28,196 nt of DNA from Catajapyx aquilonaris (lineage: Eukaryota), in NCBI GenBank assembly GCA_000934665.2, contig KZ538261.1, forward strand, positions 62,001 to 90,196, in the 5' to 3' direction. Positions within the stretch are counted from its first letter, which is position 1. Each line of letters begins with the position of its first letter. Positions 1 through 12,369 of this stretch are shown here, piece by piece. The translations under genes were made by a program, and so were the position numbers. The notes under the pieces are model-generated. The model saw only the letters and a program-made list of their open reading frames with translations. It made no database searches and was not told the origin of the DNA.

Positions 1-3000
1 CAAACTTCACACAGAGGGCAAAAATTTCAGCCACACGTCCGTCGGGTCCTCATTTGTACATTTGCACAAACGTGCGCCGCTCGGACGTTCAACTCACACG
101 CTTGACTAGCATCCGAATAAACGATACCGTGCAACATACTACAACCCAATTAATGCAATATTTAATTGCACACGATTCTTTTCGTCCTCACTAACCGTGA
201 AACCTAGCTTTACATTAGCCAGCATCCATTTTTGATCATACCACATCGATTTCCCGTCCCTCTAGAAAATGGCCTTTCACGCCATGCATAAAACAATTTT
301 TTTTAACCACCGTTAACAATCAACAAAGGCAGCAGTTACAACAAATCAAGTTTAAACTCTCCCCAACCCCCGTTTTATTCTGGCATACTTACTATCAGGA
401 GCCTTTAATAAATTCCATTCCCAGTGTCAACACAATGCAGGTCGGTGTCAAGTATACATGTCAAGTCAGATCTAGTTTGTCGGCTCCGGCAACGCCGCCC
501 CCCCCCCCCCCCNNNNNNNNNCCCCCCCCCCGAGTTGAGAACGACTCTGACCTGTCGCGTGGGGCGAAGTGAAATGGTCAACAAGGGAGCCCAGGAAATA
601 GCTGCACGGGTGTTATTACGTCCCCCTGCATGCGACGACATATGCGCCTCTGAAAAACTACACAGCTCACCTTTTTTTTTTGCGCTCCAACTCTCTGGTG
701 TGCATCCGCTTACTGCAGGGAGATGCATGTATATGTGATGCGAGTGGGAGGCAATCCCAGCTGAAATACTAGCCCCTCCAAAAATATTATGAAAAATAAG
801 CACGACTAATTCCACACCATTTCGTTCTTAATTCCCTGCGTTTTACATGGCTAACCCGGGAGCCGCATTCGAGGGTACCATCTGCACAGAGCTTGGTTAC
901 TCGATTCGGCTCAAATTAAACGCAACACTGCAGCACTTGGAGGAATCGCAGTTTGTGACTGAATTGAATATTTTTCTGGCAGTCCACAGGGTGTTTCGAA
1001 AGATAGCTGTATTTCGGTCAGGTTGTGGCAACATGGCTTCCCGCCATTTCAAGCCAAGAACAACCCTTGCGAATTTTCCCAGAAAGATCGAGTTTATCTA
1101 ATCGATGGTAACAGGATCAAGCAAGTTGGCACACAAAAGAGGGCTGGTGTGTTTAAGAAAAACTGGGGAGAGAAGAACAAACGGCAGGGTTTGAAAGGCA
1201 AGTCCTATAGTTCCAATGTTGGAAGTAATGTTGAAAGCAGTCAACATTTTTTCCCCCCTCAATCTGGCTTTGTAGATCGTACCGCTAAGTGGTTAGCGAT
1301 GAGGCACAATGCGAAAAGAACTGGCCTCGATGCAAAAAGGGGGGACATTAATTCCGCATTAGTGGTCACAGGGTATGTGATAGATCTCCCTCCAAAAAAT
1401 ACGGGCAAATTTCGATACCCGCCACAACATAGCACGGCTATGCACACTCGGAAAAAGAATCTGAGTTTGTGCTCAGAGGAGCATGAACTGTGTAATCAGT
1501 GCAGGGCCAGATCGTGAAATAAAATTGGGCCATTGAGACGAAACGGGGCCTCATTAATTTACTCCCCCCTGTGATTTTAAACTTCCCAAGGCCCGTCCTC
1601 ACTCTGCAAAAAAAAAATTAGCAAAACGAGGGGTGAGAGTGGGTGCCTGGAATTTGCGGAATCTAACCTATCCGGTGTACATGAAAGAATGGTGGTGATC
1701 GCAAGGATGACTGTGTGTAATGCAAACGATTTTCCGCAGCAGTTGGTGACACGCGTGACTGAATGATTAGCCAAATTATAATTTCTGAAATAGAATGTTA
1801 TACCGTATACCTGCACAAACAAAATTTGCAATTTATAGAATCGTTGTATTGGTTTAATATCAGTTTTGCAGCTGGGCGATGCAGCGTGAACCCCTGGAGT
1901 AATAATTTTAGAGCTTTCAACAACGTTAAGTCTCTCCTGTCAGTTGGTGAAATGAATATATACGAGCTAGATAATGAAGCAAAAACTCCAACATACTGCA
2001 AAATATTTCACGTTTACGTACGTACGTTCCCCGCTGAATTATGAATTATAATACAAAAACGACTATTCAAAATCGGTTCTATTGCACCCAACTTGTTCAT
2101 ATGCAATACAAATATTGTTTTTTTCCACTACAACTAATTCAAAATATCACGCACTGACACCCGGATTCAATCCATTAATTATTACGCAGGTATGGATGTG
2201 CCCACTCAGCAAAACTGTACATCATTATTTGCCAAATTTGGGAACTACATCCCCCTAAAAGCTAGGACCCCCCGCTGATTAAAGTATCCCCCTCCTAATA
2301 TATTATTCCGTCCCCCAGGGCTGGAAAAAGGTGGATTTGGAAAACAGGAGGATTAATTCTCCGCATCCCAAGCCCAAATCCGGAAGCCTACCCCCAGCCC
2401 GGAATTTATGCGGGCGAAGACGGGTAAAGGGGAGATTTTCATGCAAGAGGCCTACTTTGCAGCTTCCCAGTAAGCAAGAACAGGAAACCTACCATATTTT
2501 ATGTCCCATGCAAGAAAATTGGAACAAGTTTCAGGTCAGGTTGCACCAACAGCAGAAAACATTTTTCTGGCTCATTTCCAGCCGAAACTTTTTTTTCTAA
2601 AATTTTGTGCCATATTTTTTCCCAATTAGGTCGCTTTTCATCCTTGTGTGATACAACCCATTCGCTTCACACAATCCGTACTAACTGTAAGTGACATTCT
2701 CCGATGAAACTTGTGCATGGAAACACATCGTCTCGAGGGAATTAAGGTCTGGCTGCTGCTGCGGTCTAATGTGCTTGTCGATTACAGTGATGCTGCAACG
2801 TCCTTCGTATTACAACTAAACTGCTGCTAGACTATACCTTTTCCCCTCCTCCCGCTAATATGGCCGCATAAATTGCACTTTGGCATTAAATGGCCTGGGT
2901 TTTTCTCGGGGGAGGAAAAAGGAGCATTTCATAATGCCAGTCCGGGTTAAGCTGGCTTTGATCGGGGCTTACGGTCCATATGCAGTTGCGGGACAGACTC

Positions 3001-4640
3001 TACGCCGCAGTTAATTCGTATGGAAACCTTGGGGGATTTTGATGACATGATTCACGTGCAGACCGCCATGTATGCAGAGAGGCGCGACAGGTTTCCCCCC
3101 CCCCCAAAAAAATGTAATAAAAAATAAAAATACCAAAATTGGGCTACCATAATCGAATGATTTGATCAAGACACTATTTGCATTTAAAATAGTGTCATTT
3201 TCATGCAAATCTTTAGTGCCAAAGCTAGATCATCTCTTTGTTCCCTCACGCAGCTTCACCAAATTAGGGAACTAATGTCGACAGTCATTTAGCACATTTG
3301 GAGAATACCAGTCGGCGTCGGGCGCTTGCTTCCAGAGAGCCCTAATCTGAAACACCGAGTACACGCGGTCATAATTTATCTTATTAGATCTGTCTGGGGC
3401 TTGGAAAGCCTTTGCAACAATTCTCCATTAACGCCCCCCCCCGTATCTACAAGTCTTACGACGATAATACTACTGAGACTACTTCCTGAGCGCAATCCAT
3501 TAGGGCTGAATTCATCATGTTCGAATATTCATTTCGCTTCATTTACCTCGAGTGATTCTGGGTCCGCTTTGCACTCAAACGTGTCCCAGAGATAATACCT
3601 CTCGTGAAATTTACCTGATGACTCGAGGCCCGGGAATTGTCCTCTTTCCACACGACAATCTCATCCAATACTTCAACAATAAGCGCGGGGCTTGCTTTAC
3701 AACCCTGCAGAGTTATAACTTTTGGCGGGCCATCCAAAAACAGCAGCTGGGCTGCGATAAAGGGTTTTAAAACCCGGTTGTATATATACGGTACTGCTAC
3801 CGTATTTTTGCAAAATTGGGGAAACATTGAGCAATTGGCGTTCCAGGCCTCGCGACAGGTCCGGGATTGATCATCAAACGGGTTTAACAATCCAATGCTG
3901 GAGCAAGCTTCCAGACAAATTGCGGGTTTTAGATGGAGCACGTCCGTTGTGGTATCCGGAGATCCGGATCATTAGGCCCGGATTAAATTGGGCAAGGAAA
4001 AATCCCGGTGGACAAGCTATTTCGCTTTCCTTCGCCTGTTAGTTTGTGGCGACAAGCGCAGTTCCCCTTAGGCGACTCATGCCAATGATCTAATTGCCCA
4101 GGGCTATTGTGCTCGGGCCAATCTTTTAATCGATTTGCTCAGAAAACGCTGTTGCTGGGTACAGGCGAGGATTATTGTGGCCTTTTTTATTTCCCCCACC
4201 CAGCACGCTCTGTATAATATTATTCTGACACGATAAAAAGTTTCATTGCTAAAATGCAAATATTGGGCGCGGAAAGTTATGCAAACGACATTTCACTTGC
4301 GAACAACTATATTCAATTGTCACCTCCGCGCCATTGCTCCAGGACTGGTAAGAATAAGCAGACGCCTCACAATTAAGTGCAGCTTCTCTTCACAGCAGAT
4401 CCTAGCTTTTGGGTTGTAAATGCGAGCAGGTGGTGCCGAGACTTTGGCACAGCTTCTGAGATGAGGTCTGGAGGCCCCTTCTGTCCCCTGCCAACCGCAA
4501 ATTGCTGGCTGGCTCACGATGAAGGGACCTCCTGCTTGGGACCACCGAAAAGCTCCAAGGGAACATTTTTTTGAAGGGGAAGGTATTTTTTTCTTCTTCC
4601 AACACTGCTTGCCTTCCAATTACTCACATTCTCCATCTTG
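1..4640 (-). pseudogene. Decayed NLR-like gene: Death domain - linker domain - NACHT - LRR array, running off the left edge
   Basis: Manual minus-strand translation, jumping frames, gives motifs in canonical order. Death-like MENVSNWK...GW..EGAS...SEAVPKSRHHLLA (~4640-4400). Walker A region FLFLLTG (~2480). Walker B region GVLAFRG (~2265). LLSGHIHTCVII..NPGVSA and YEQVG (~2215-2085). QRFYKL (~1840). LHYTQ, resembling FLHLTxQE (~1720). C.SE/AQ, resembling CLYEAQ (~1475). LRR units HRLDKLDLSG (~1108-1078), CCHNLTEIQLSF (~1033-997), ELVVLIFHNIFGGAS (~813-768) and NKT..ESLNLICCN (~380-335), some about 80 nt apart. Many stops and frameshifts. Joining the Death/linker part to the NACHT part is inference. 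Confidence 0.55.
498..531. other. Poly-C tract containing 9 undetermined bases (N at 513-521)
   Basis: Seen directly. It indicates unresolved sequence inside a homopolymer. Confidence 0.95.
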
Positions 4641-4957
4641 ATTCATGTAACTCCAAACCCTCTTTGTTATGCAGATTTATTGCTGGTGGTCACAAATGTA
4701 GACGATGTATTTATTTAGTCTGGTGGAGGGTGGTCGACATGGGGGATTGTTGCAGGTGTGTTTGCGCCCGATTTAATTGTGATGTCGAGAGGAGTCTATT
4801 TATCAAGTAGTTGTCGCAGTTCGTGTGCGGCTGCGGTTTGTCAATAGTATATGTTATGCTGCGCTTATGTAAACTGTAATGCATAATATTTATTTTTCAA
4901 AAATATTGTGTAAATAAGTGCGCAAAAATAAATCCCCGATGTGTACCTTATGATTAG

Positions 4958-5035
4958 TAGAAAAGCTCGAGCGAAACGAGTAGTTTTCTACGCCTGCGCC
5001 GTAAAAAATGGGAGCGAAGCGAGGGTTTTTCTAGT
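4958..5035 (+). repeat. Dispersed ~79-bp repeat, copy 1, with two GAGCGAA(A/G)CGAG units; resembles Crypton-like non-autonomous element motifs
   Basis: Aligns to the reverse complement of 15642-15720 at 66 of 79 positions by hand count, including a 24-bp exact block GAGCGAAGCGAGGGTTTTTCTAGT. The repeat is certain; the Crypton label is recollection only. Confidence 0.85.
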
Positions 5036-5044
5036 ATGATTATA

Positions 5045-6300
5045 TCAGTGGGTATAGAATTTTTCTCCCACTGCTACATACAGTAGTAACTGCTACCAAC
5101 ACTGGTACTGCTAAGTTAGTAGTAACTGCCAGTGAGACGAAAATATTCCACCCTTATCTCTTCAGAAATATATTGTTTTCAATTAAGACAATGTACTGCC
5201 ATAAAACTTGTACTAACTTGAAGTGAAATCATGCTTTTTCCATCCCCATCATTATTGTTCTCACGTGATCTAATAATGCATGGTGGGTTCCAAATTGGCA
5301 AGAGTTCAGAGAAATTCGTATATATACCGGGGGAGTCGTATATACAGTGGATGTCCAACAGTTTTGTATTCCGGGCTAGCTATTGCGGCAGAAACGATTC
5401 TACTAAGGAACAGGAGCCGCCGGAGGAAAACTTTTCAGGAACGAATAAAAGAACTGGGCGTGGTCCATTGAAGATGAGGGGGGGAGCTCTTGTCGATTTC
5501 CATTTAAGTTCCCAGAATGCCAAGTTATGGCGACTGTTTTCCTCTCCTCCTACCCTACCCCCCATATATTTTTTTTCAAGAAACAATTTTTTTCCGCTTG
5601 CTCTTTGGATTCTTCCTCGACCGAGCATCGCCTTGGCTGCAAGAAGTTCATTTATAGTTTTCTGAAGTATCTCGGACGTAATGGGGATCTCGGGGCCCCC
5701 CTCGTTTTTTATTGTTCATCGCGGGGGGGATTTATAGATTCTCCGGATAGCTGCGAGTTTGTCATGGCTAAGCCTTGATAAACTTCGAGTTAACTCGGCG
5801 CGTTTGATTCTTTTTACGGGCCAGGCCTATCCGGCAATAACCTAGTGAATAGCATTTTCCCTCGACGGATTTCACGGCCTGGTAGAAAAGGTGCAGTAAA
5901 GCGTACTTAAGCCTTTCATTGGCCGAATATCTCAACAAACCAAGTACCTACCTTTATTTAACACTTCTACCCTTAGAATGGTTTTTTTACACTTATTATT
6001 ACGAGTAATTATAGTTGCAGCCAGATGGAATTGAGGACTCTGGAAATATGTTTCGCGATAATCCCAGCTGAAATTCGAACTGTAATTTTCGTTTAAACTG
6101 GACCCTGTCAAATCCATCCGGGGCGTTTGGAATGGGTTAAATCTAGAGCATGCGCAAAATGGAATTACGGGTTGATCTAATTTTCGGAGGCACGGTAAAT
6201 CAAATAACATGTGAATAGCCCTAGTTTCATCCCCGTTACAAGACAATTAGTCAAGTTCATTGGCCAAAGCAAGTGACCAAAATGGGGATGCAGGAAAATC
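5045..6300 (-). pseudogene. Possible decayed tyrosine-recombinase-like ORF
   Basis: Frame-jumping translation gives LNGNR (first catalytic Arg region, ~5500), EYKTVGHPLYIRLPRYIYEFL (resembling the HKT...GPA motif, ~5372-5308), GKSMISLQVS (~5241-5213) and M..S...EKFY (His/Tyr region, ~5080-5053), in the expected order. Highly degenerate. Confidence 0.33.
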
Positions 6301-6619
6301 TCTCTCTGCCAGCTGCTTAATTAACATAATAATAGTCATAATGGCTGCGTTTATAAAGTAAACGTACTGCATAAAGCGTAATACATATTATGGTCTCATG
6401 GCACAGTTGGGGTTAAGCCACGGCGAATTGCACACTGTAATTTATGCTTTTATATGCAAATTTTTCGTAACTACACCGAAATGCTGAGTAAAGCTGATGG
6501 GTTCACACGGGCGTTATTTAAGTCCTTAGTTCGTTGTGGTTAGAAGCCAATAATTATGTGCATCAAGCTTATGATTATTTCCAACAGCAACAATATGATT
6601 CTCCACATAAGATCACAGA

Positions 6620-7575
6620 TAGTAATACTATCAGACTATATCTACAGAATCTCTCATGTACATCCAGGTCCATCTGCAGATATGTTTTTTATGTTTGATG
6701 CTGGAGAGAGTCTGGGTTTTTCTGTGAGGGTCTCGGGGTAACGCTCCGGTGAGCTTTGCTTACGGCAGCCATCGGTCCCTCAGACTCCACCGGAGAAGAA
6801 GATTCTTTTTCGGAAATTTGTCGCTCTTTTGCTGGCAGATAGGCCCTGAGGGGAGACAAATTTCCAGCCAGAAGAAGAGGGGGCTGGAGGAGGGTTCTTA
6901 TCGACAACCATATTCCCACAAAACGGCCCTTTTGGAAATGGAAAAGGGGGCCTTTGGGAACTACCCCCGTGCCATTTCTTGGTGTTCAAAAATAATTTTT
7001 TATCAGAGGGATAAAAAGGAAAATTTGTAGCTCTCGGGGAGAAGGAAGCTCTAACGTTGGTTTAACTTTACCCCCTCCAGCTTTTATTTCCTACCCAACT
7101 CTACAGTACAAGCTTACATCTCAATTATATGCCCACACTAAGCATACTCTACTTCAACTCCAGCAATGACACACATTTGGATTAGAAACGAAGCTCTTCC
7201 TTCAATCCAGATATTTATACTGTACTAATAGGAGAGACTTGATGTCGAAAAATAAGGCGGATCAAGTCACTCTCAGAGATTATCCTCGTTCTGTAGTCGG
7301 ATGCACGATTCAGGCAAAAACTCTTCAGAGAGGGTTTGGGGGCTGGCTGCGCAGCACCTAGAGCCAGCTGGATTGATCTCCTCCCCCGGATTTAGTCGAC
7401 TTGATGCTCCGCAGTGTTCATTTTCCTCCTTTGCAAATCTTCGGAAAAGTATACCTTTTTTTATGCCGGCCTCTTGGCCCCCATCCACTAAACTGGCGTC
7501 TTCCTGCTTTTCCGGAAGGTTGTCAAAAATTGGAGTCATGTTCCGCGGAAGTGGAATTTGCCATTCTTCCTGCCC
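6620..7575 (-). pseudogene. Decayed protein tyrosine kinase domain
   Basis: Motifs in order: EEWQIP (~7569-7552); QEAGIK, resembling VAIK; RFAKE (helix C); PQTLSEEFLPESC (hinge); LIQMCVIAGVEVEY, resembling QIAxGMEYL (~7185-7144); KVK; KKW (~6975); FSISKRAVLWEYG, resembling FSxKSDVWxYG (~6945-6907); WLEI. HRD and DFG are not intact. Confidence 0.55.
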
Positions 7576-7579
7576 AATT

Positions 7580-9940
7580 TAGAGGGTCGAAGCGCGCATG
7601 TAAACTGAGTTGTCTGGTGTAAGGTCACATCCCTATTAGGTCCATAGGTTCGGAGATCAAACCGCCTCTCTGACGATAGATTTTTGCTTCAGGTCAATGC
7701 GAAAACTGGAGTGATTTGCAGCAGTATAGAAGAGGTTTAAAAATATTCCGACTTATTGCAACATAGATGCTCACCTGGATCTTACAATTGTCAGGTTTCA
7801 GTGTAACCATCGAGGCTTTGTACTGATAAGCCGATTTGTTCCTAGGCTTAGCTTCAGACAGCACTGGAAGTACGCGGCCCTTCCTTTTCTCGTCTCCCTG
7901 GGAAAGTGTTTTGTAAAGCTGGATTCACACTGGGGTCTTATTAGAACATTGTGTGTTGGGATGGAAAAGACAAAGACGCACGTGTGAGCCCAGCCTAAGC
8001 TTCATGGAAGTTATGGCGTAGGCCTACAAATCGTATTCAATTAAGACGCAAAGTGAAAACTTAGACGGAAAAAAAGAGACCTGTATAAGAAAGTCATTGA
8101 GGTGCGGTTTACTGATGGACCGTGGCGTAATTGAAAGCTCTCGATCGGAACTCTTCTGAGGAAATCTTTCCGAGGCGACGCTGACAAAGTGGAGGCGGCC
8201 AAGCGTGGTCAAGGGAAAAGGGGGTTCCAGGGAACCAAGAAACTAAGAAAGGAAGGTGGGGGACGGAAACGGGAGAGGGGGAAAAAAAGAGAAAATGGAG
8301 AAAGAAAACGAATAGAACCAGACCCAAACCGTTACTAGGGAGAAATTGCTACCAAAGTCCCCTTTTATTTTGCCCTCCAAGAAAAATTTGACAGCTCCAC
8401 AGATTTGAGATCTCACATACATTATACGTAAGGTGCACTTCACCGTTGCCCACTAGACGGCAATAAATTCGAATGTTTGCCACAACTAATATGTCACCTC
8501 CAGTGTTCGTAATGGTTCCTAGAAAGCGAGAGAAAGAGAGAGAGAAAAGGACCACCTTGAATACGGTCTAGCTCAGCAAAAGAGGAACTGAATCCCAGCT
8601 AGTCGTACATACATTTTGGCTTTTCCCCCTTACCTGATACGCGGGCATTTCATCCGGTTCCCGCAGAGGAAGAATGGTTTATCACGACATAAAGAAACGA
8701 GAGCATTTGACCCCCCCACTTCCATCATGGTGGAGAACCTGCTCTGAATAAATATCTCAATCTCAGTTTTTTTTCTCTCTCTCCTTTTTCTAGAACCAAC
8801 CGCACTTACTCCCGAGTCTGAGTTAGGTTAAAGTAAGGGCTTCTGGAACCGTGGGTAATGTCTGGAAAGGACTCTCGCGTTTTTTTTCCTGCTGCCTTCT
8901 CTTTTCTCAGGTCTTGACGACCATTGGGGATGCAGGAGTCCAAGGAAGCAGAAAAGACCGATACTCTTAAAAGGAAGTCAACCACTTTTTTTTCTCTCTC
9001 TCTTTTAATTTTTTCTCCTTTTTTTTCCAAGAGTTCGAGCATCGGTGAGCATCTATATCTCCAAAGACTATAACTTCCTTTTCAGAGCTTACAGCCTTGC
9101 TGAGAGTTGAGGATTTTGTCGACAAAACAACTCTTGACTTTATTTTCCAGAGTTTCTGCCGTAAGTTTGTGGGAGGGAATATTCACAAACGGAATTAATT
9201 ATGGCGGACCTGAAGGAAATGATTAAAATGTTAATCGGGGCAAACATGGCAGGAAAACCTCTGTACCCTTCCCGTCTCTTGTTACTGTACGCATGCTGTC
9301 TAAGTGCATGAGAAAAAAAACACAAATTTAAATAATTAATGCGATTACATCAAGTCTTCGCTGAGAAGTTAGCTGGCTTTATTTGCATGCGTATACTGTA
9401 AGTCTTTATAATATCTGCATGCAATTGTTCCAGACGGTTTACAGTGCGTCTCAGACAGTTCAGGTAATTATTTTCTTCACTACGAGCTGCTCATTAAGCC
9501 ATTATTAACTTTTCTGGGTTGGTCAAAAATATTAGCTTTTAATCTAAAAATTCAATTGCAGAATTGAATTGGTATGTGAAGTCGTAACAAATTGTTGAAT
9601 CACTGTCACTCAATTTCCTCCCATGTAATTATGCGACAGGTGTCCCAAAATTTCCGCAAAGACAACCCGACACCCAGTGACATGCTTCCAACCCATTACC
9701 CAAAGCGACCACATTGTAAATAAAACCCCTGGAAACATGAGAGGATTTGCTGGGAGCGTAATGTTTATCCAGCTGCCTCTCGATGAGAGGAATAAGCTGT
9801 TTCTGCTATTGATTATCGGTATGGCAAATCCTGGTTATGCGTTTGAATGGATTCAATATGTCCTGGGTCTGTGCCTGGCTATCACGTAACCCCGCTGCGT
9901 GCATCGCATGACTGTGGAAACATGGCTGCCCCCATGCTGG
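7580..9940 (-). pseudogene. Decayed TRIM-NHL-like gene (RING, B-boxes, coiled coil, filamin, NHL repeats)
   Basis: RING-like ILNPFKRITRICHT..QKQLIPL (~9860-9785). B-box-like TICYDFT..SAIEF (~9595-9545) and FSCHVC (~9255). Coiled coil in ORF 8806-9042. Filamin-like GGDILV...CRLVGNGEVHLTY...GGQNKRG in ORF 8349-8555. NHL-like DNCKIQV, IYVA, NLFYTAANH and GCDLTPDNSVY (~7795-7600). Domain order matches TRIM2/3/71-type proteins. Confidence 0.5.
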
Positions 9941-10099
9941 CCAGGTAATTTTTCACGCAAACTATAGGCGACTGACATGCTTTCGTTGCGATTCATCCAA
10001 TCCCAAACACCGCATTGGGATATGATAAAATTGTAATTCAAACAGTGATTACAGTTCCAAAGTTTTGTGGAAAAGTTGTTGGGTATGAACCAATAATTG

Positions 10100-11500
10100 C
10101 TAGATTAATATCAGGTATTTTATGGTTTTTGGTGGTTCCTGTGATCCATGTCAGCAGAATTTAGCTATAACAACGACGTGACCCGGTCCGCTGAACCCAC
10201 AAGAATCCATCACTCTAAAACCCCAGTGTCCAACCTAACTCAGGTCTGGATCCGGTATAATCTGACAGGTCTTCTGCCACGTTCTTATCTTCCAAAAGAT
10301 TTTTTTTCTCTCTTCCCTCCAGTACTTTATAGTACAAGGGAGCCTCCAACTGCTAGCTCTTTCCCCTTTTCCTCAAAGTCTCCTAGTCAAACATGGACGT
10401 CAAGTCCTTGTTGACATGTTGATACTGCGGCTCCAAACTTTATAATGCCATAACCCTTCAAGAGGTCGGAGGCCATACTTTGATGGTAACCATCTTACAA
10501 ACATCATCCTGTTTGGGCTTTACTGACATAATACTCTTACACAGCAGAACCGTTTAAGATAAAGCGCACTTGGTGCAATTACCTTTTTTGGGGGGTACAC
10601 CACAATTGGTCAGACCCGGTTTGTTATTATCGGGCACAGTTTGGCGGTTAACCTGCGCTACTTTCTGGTTTCAGTACCCCGGCTTGCTGGGGGAAAAAAT
10701 ATACACTGCGTGGGGTTCGCTTGGAGACGTTTTTACAGTAAGCGATTCATTGATTTAGCGGTGAAAATTGGCGATCTGGTAGGGTTTGGCCATTAAAGGA
10801 GACCAACAGGTGTCCAAACAGAGTCGAGTAGGTTATCTGGAATGTCCCCCTGGAGGGAATCGATATTACCCTCGGAGCAGTCCACGAGGAAAGTGAAAAG
10901 CCATCGTTTTTCCAAACACTGAATCTGGTTAATTATTCACGCCAGTTACTTTTTTGAAGCAGGTTATATCCACCTAAAAATTGCGGATTAATAAAATGTT
11001 AATGAGGTGCCAGCCAGTATAGTGTGTCAGCAGTACAAAAATGTGGTTAGTTATTTTTATCACATACTGCTGCCATTAGTTACGCCCTTGACAGGTCTCT
11101 AAAGGGTTAAAGGGCATGTGTGCCATGCACGTCTTTGGAAGGTTCAACGGAACTTTTCATCGTCTTGTTTGCGTAGGATTTGCGATGCATAGCGCCGTTG
11201 TGTGTTGTATCGACCCATATCCGACCCGTTTTTGATGTGGCCCCCGTGTGTATGTTTTGAATTATTAACATTAGTTTAACATACCGGGGTGCCACACTAA
11301 AATATGCATGTTAAATCATCACGGTGTGGCGCGTTACCGAGGTGAAGTTGTTTGCATAAAAGTTGAATGAAGAATGGGAGGGAAAAGCGGTTCAGAACCA
11401 TTTTTCGCCTGGAAAAGCCGAGCTGTTAGAACCTGGACAAAACTGTGAATTTTCCATTTTAGTATGTGGAAAAAAAAGCGCTCCTATTTAAAAAGTGAAA
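10100..11500 (-). pseudogene. Decayed VIT-vWA (VWA5A/ITIH-like) gene
   Basis: FTFLVDCSEG, resembling the MIDAS strand FxFxVDxSGS (~10899-10868), is followed by YQIANF, PGLTNCGVP, VLL...DDVCKMV and FGAAVST..QGL (resembling GIGxGASxxLVxG, ~10438-10400). Upstream LHLGNAP resembles the VIT C-terminal GNL motif (~11340). Confidence 0.45.
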
Positions 11501-11700
11501 TGATAAAACGAAACATTATTTATGCAAACTCGGTGTAAATTTTTATACGGTGAATAAAACATCATTTTCTAAACACAATGAATGTAGGATATATATAATT
11601 AATATAAAAATTATTGAGTATGCTAGTTATTATTGTGGAAATGGAATTGCTGCATGTGAAAAATAGTTTCAAACAGAAAATTACATCAAGTTAGTGGAAT

Positions 11701-12020
11701 TAGTGTATTCTCAGAGATAGTGTATTGTCAGAGATAGTGTATTGTCAGAGTTAGTGTATTGTCAGAGTTAGTGTATTCGGAGAGTTAGTGTATTCGGAGA
11801 GTTAGTGTATTCGGAGAGTTAGTGTATTCTCAGAGTTAGTGTATTGTCCGAGTTAGTGTATTGTCAAAGTTAGTGTATTGTCAAAGTTAGTGTATTGTCA
11901 GAGTTAGTGTATTCTCAGAGTTAGTGTATTGTTCGAGTTAGTGTATTGTTCGAGTTAGTGTATTGTCAGAGTTAGTGTACTGTGCGAGTTAGTGTATTGT
12001 CAGAGTTAGTGTATTGTCAG
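11701..12020 (+). repeat. Minisatellite: 19 copies (last one partial) of a 17-bp unit, consensus TAGTGTATTGTCAGAGT
   Basis: Counted directly, with an exact 17-bp period and no indels. Variation is almost confined to unit positions 10-14/15 (GTCAG, CTCAG, CGGAG, GTCCG, GTCAA, GTTCG, GTGCG). Confidence 0.97.
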
Positions 12021-12369
12021 TTTCCCCCATTATTTAAGAGGAAAATTATGGTGTAGAGAAATCCAGGATTGAAAATAACTCGTCCATGTCCAAGTAGGTG
12101 GAAGATTCACCATTGTGTGCTGCATAAAAAAATTTGTTTTCTCAAGGAAAAAGAGGTTTACGCGTGACGGTGCTCCTGGATTGCCATTTTTCCTCCGACT
12201 TTTCTTGTGTGTGAGGGGGGGGTCCAATCTCGCTCTCAAGTCAGTTTCATTTCCAGTAGCTAAACTATTCCCCGCAAACCTCAAACTCATTCCGCCAGAG
12301 ACCAAATCACAACTTCCCACTCCGCTCACCCAACTTCAAACTTCAATTCCCTGCCAAGGAAAAGGGGAG

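Noticed and set aside
2..300. Plus-strand C2H2 zinc-finger-like text (HTEGKNF...THT) with roughly 85-95-nt spacing
   Set aside because: The cysteines are absent, and the periodicity is better explained by minus-strand 28-aa LRR units continuing from the NLR.
4320..4640. Possible Crypton recombinase C-terminus (PWSFSVVP...HLRSCA)
   Set aside because: A Death-domain reading fits more motifs and the position upstream of the NACHT domain.
9600..9720. Trypsin-like GNSGSPV motif (GNFGTPV)
   Set aside because: It is a single weak motif, and the region lies between the RING-like and B-box-like motifs of the TRIM relic.
11701..12020. CRISPR array
   Set aside because: The unit is only 17 bp, the variable part is 5-6 bp and recurs, and there are no unique spacers or cas genes.
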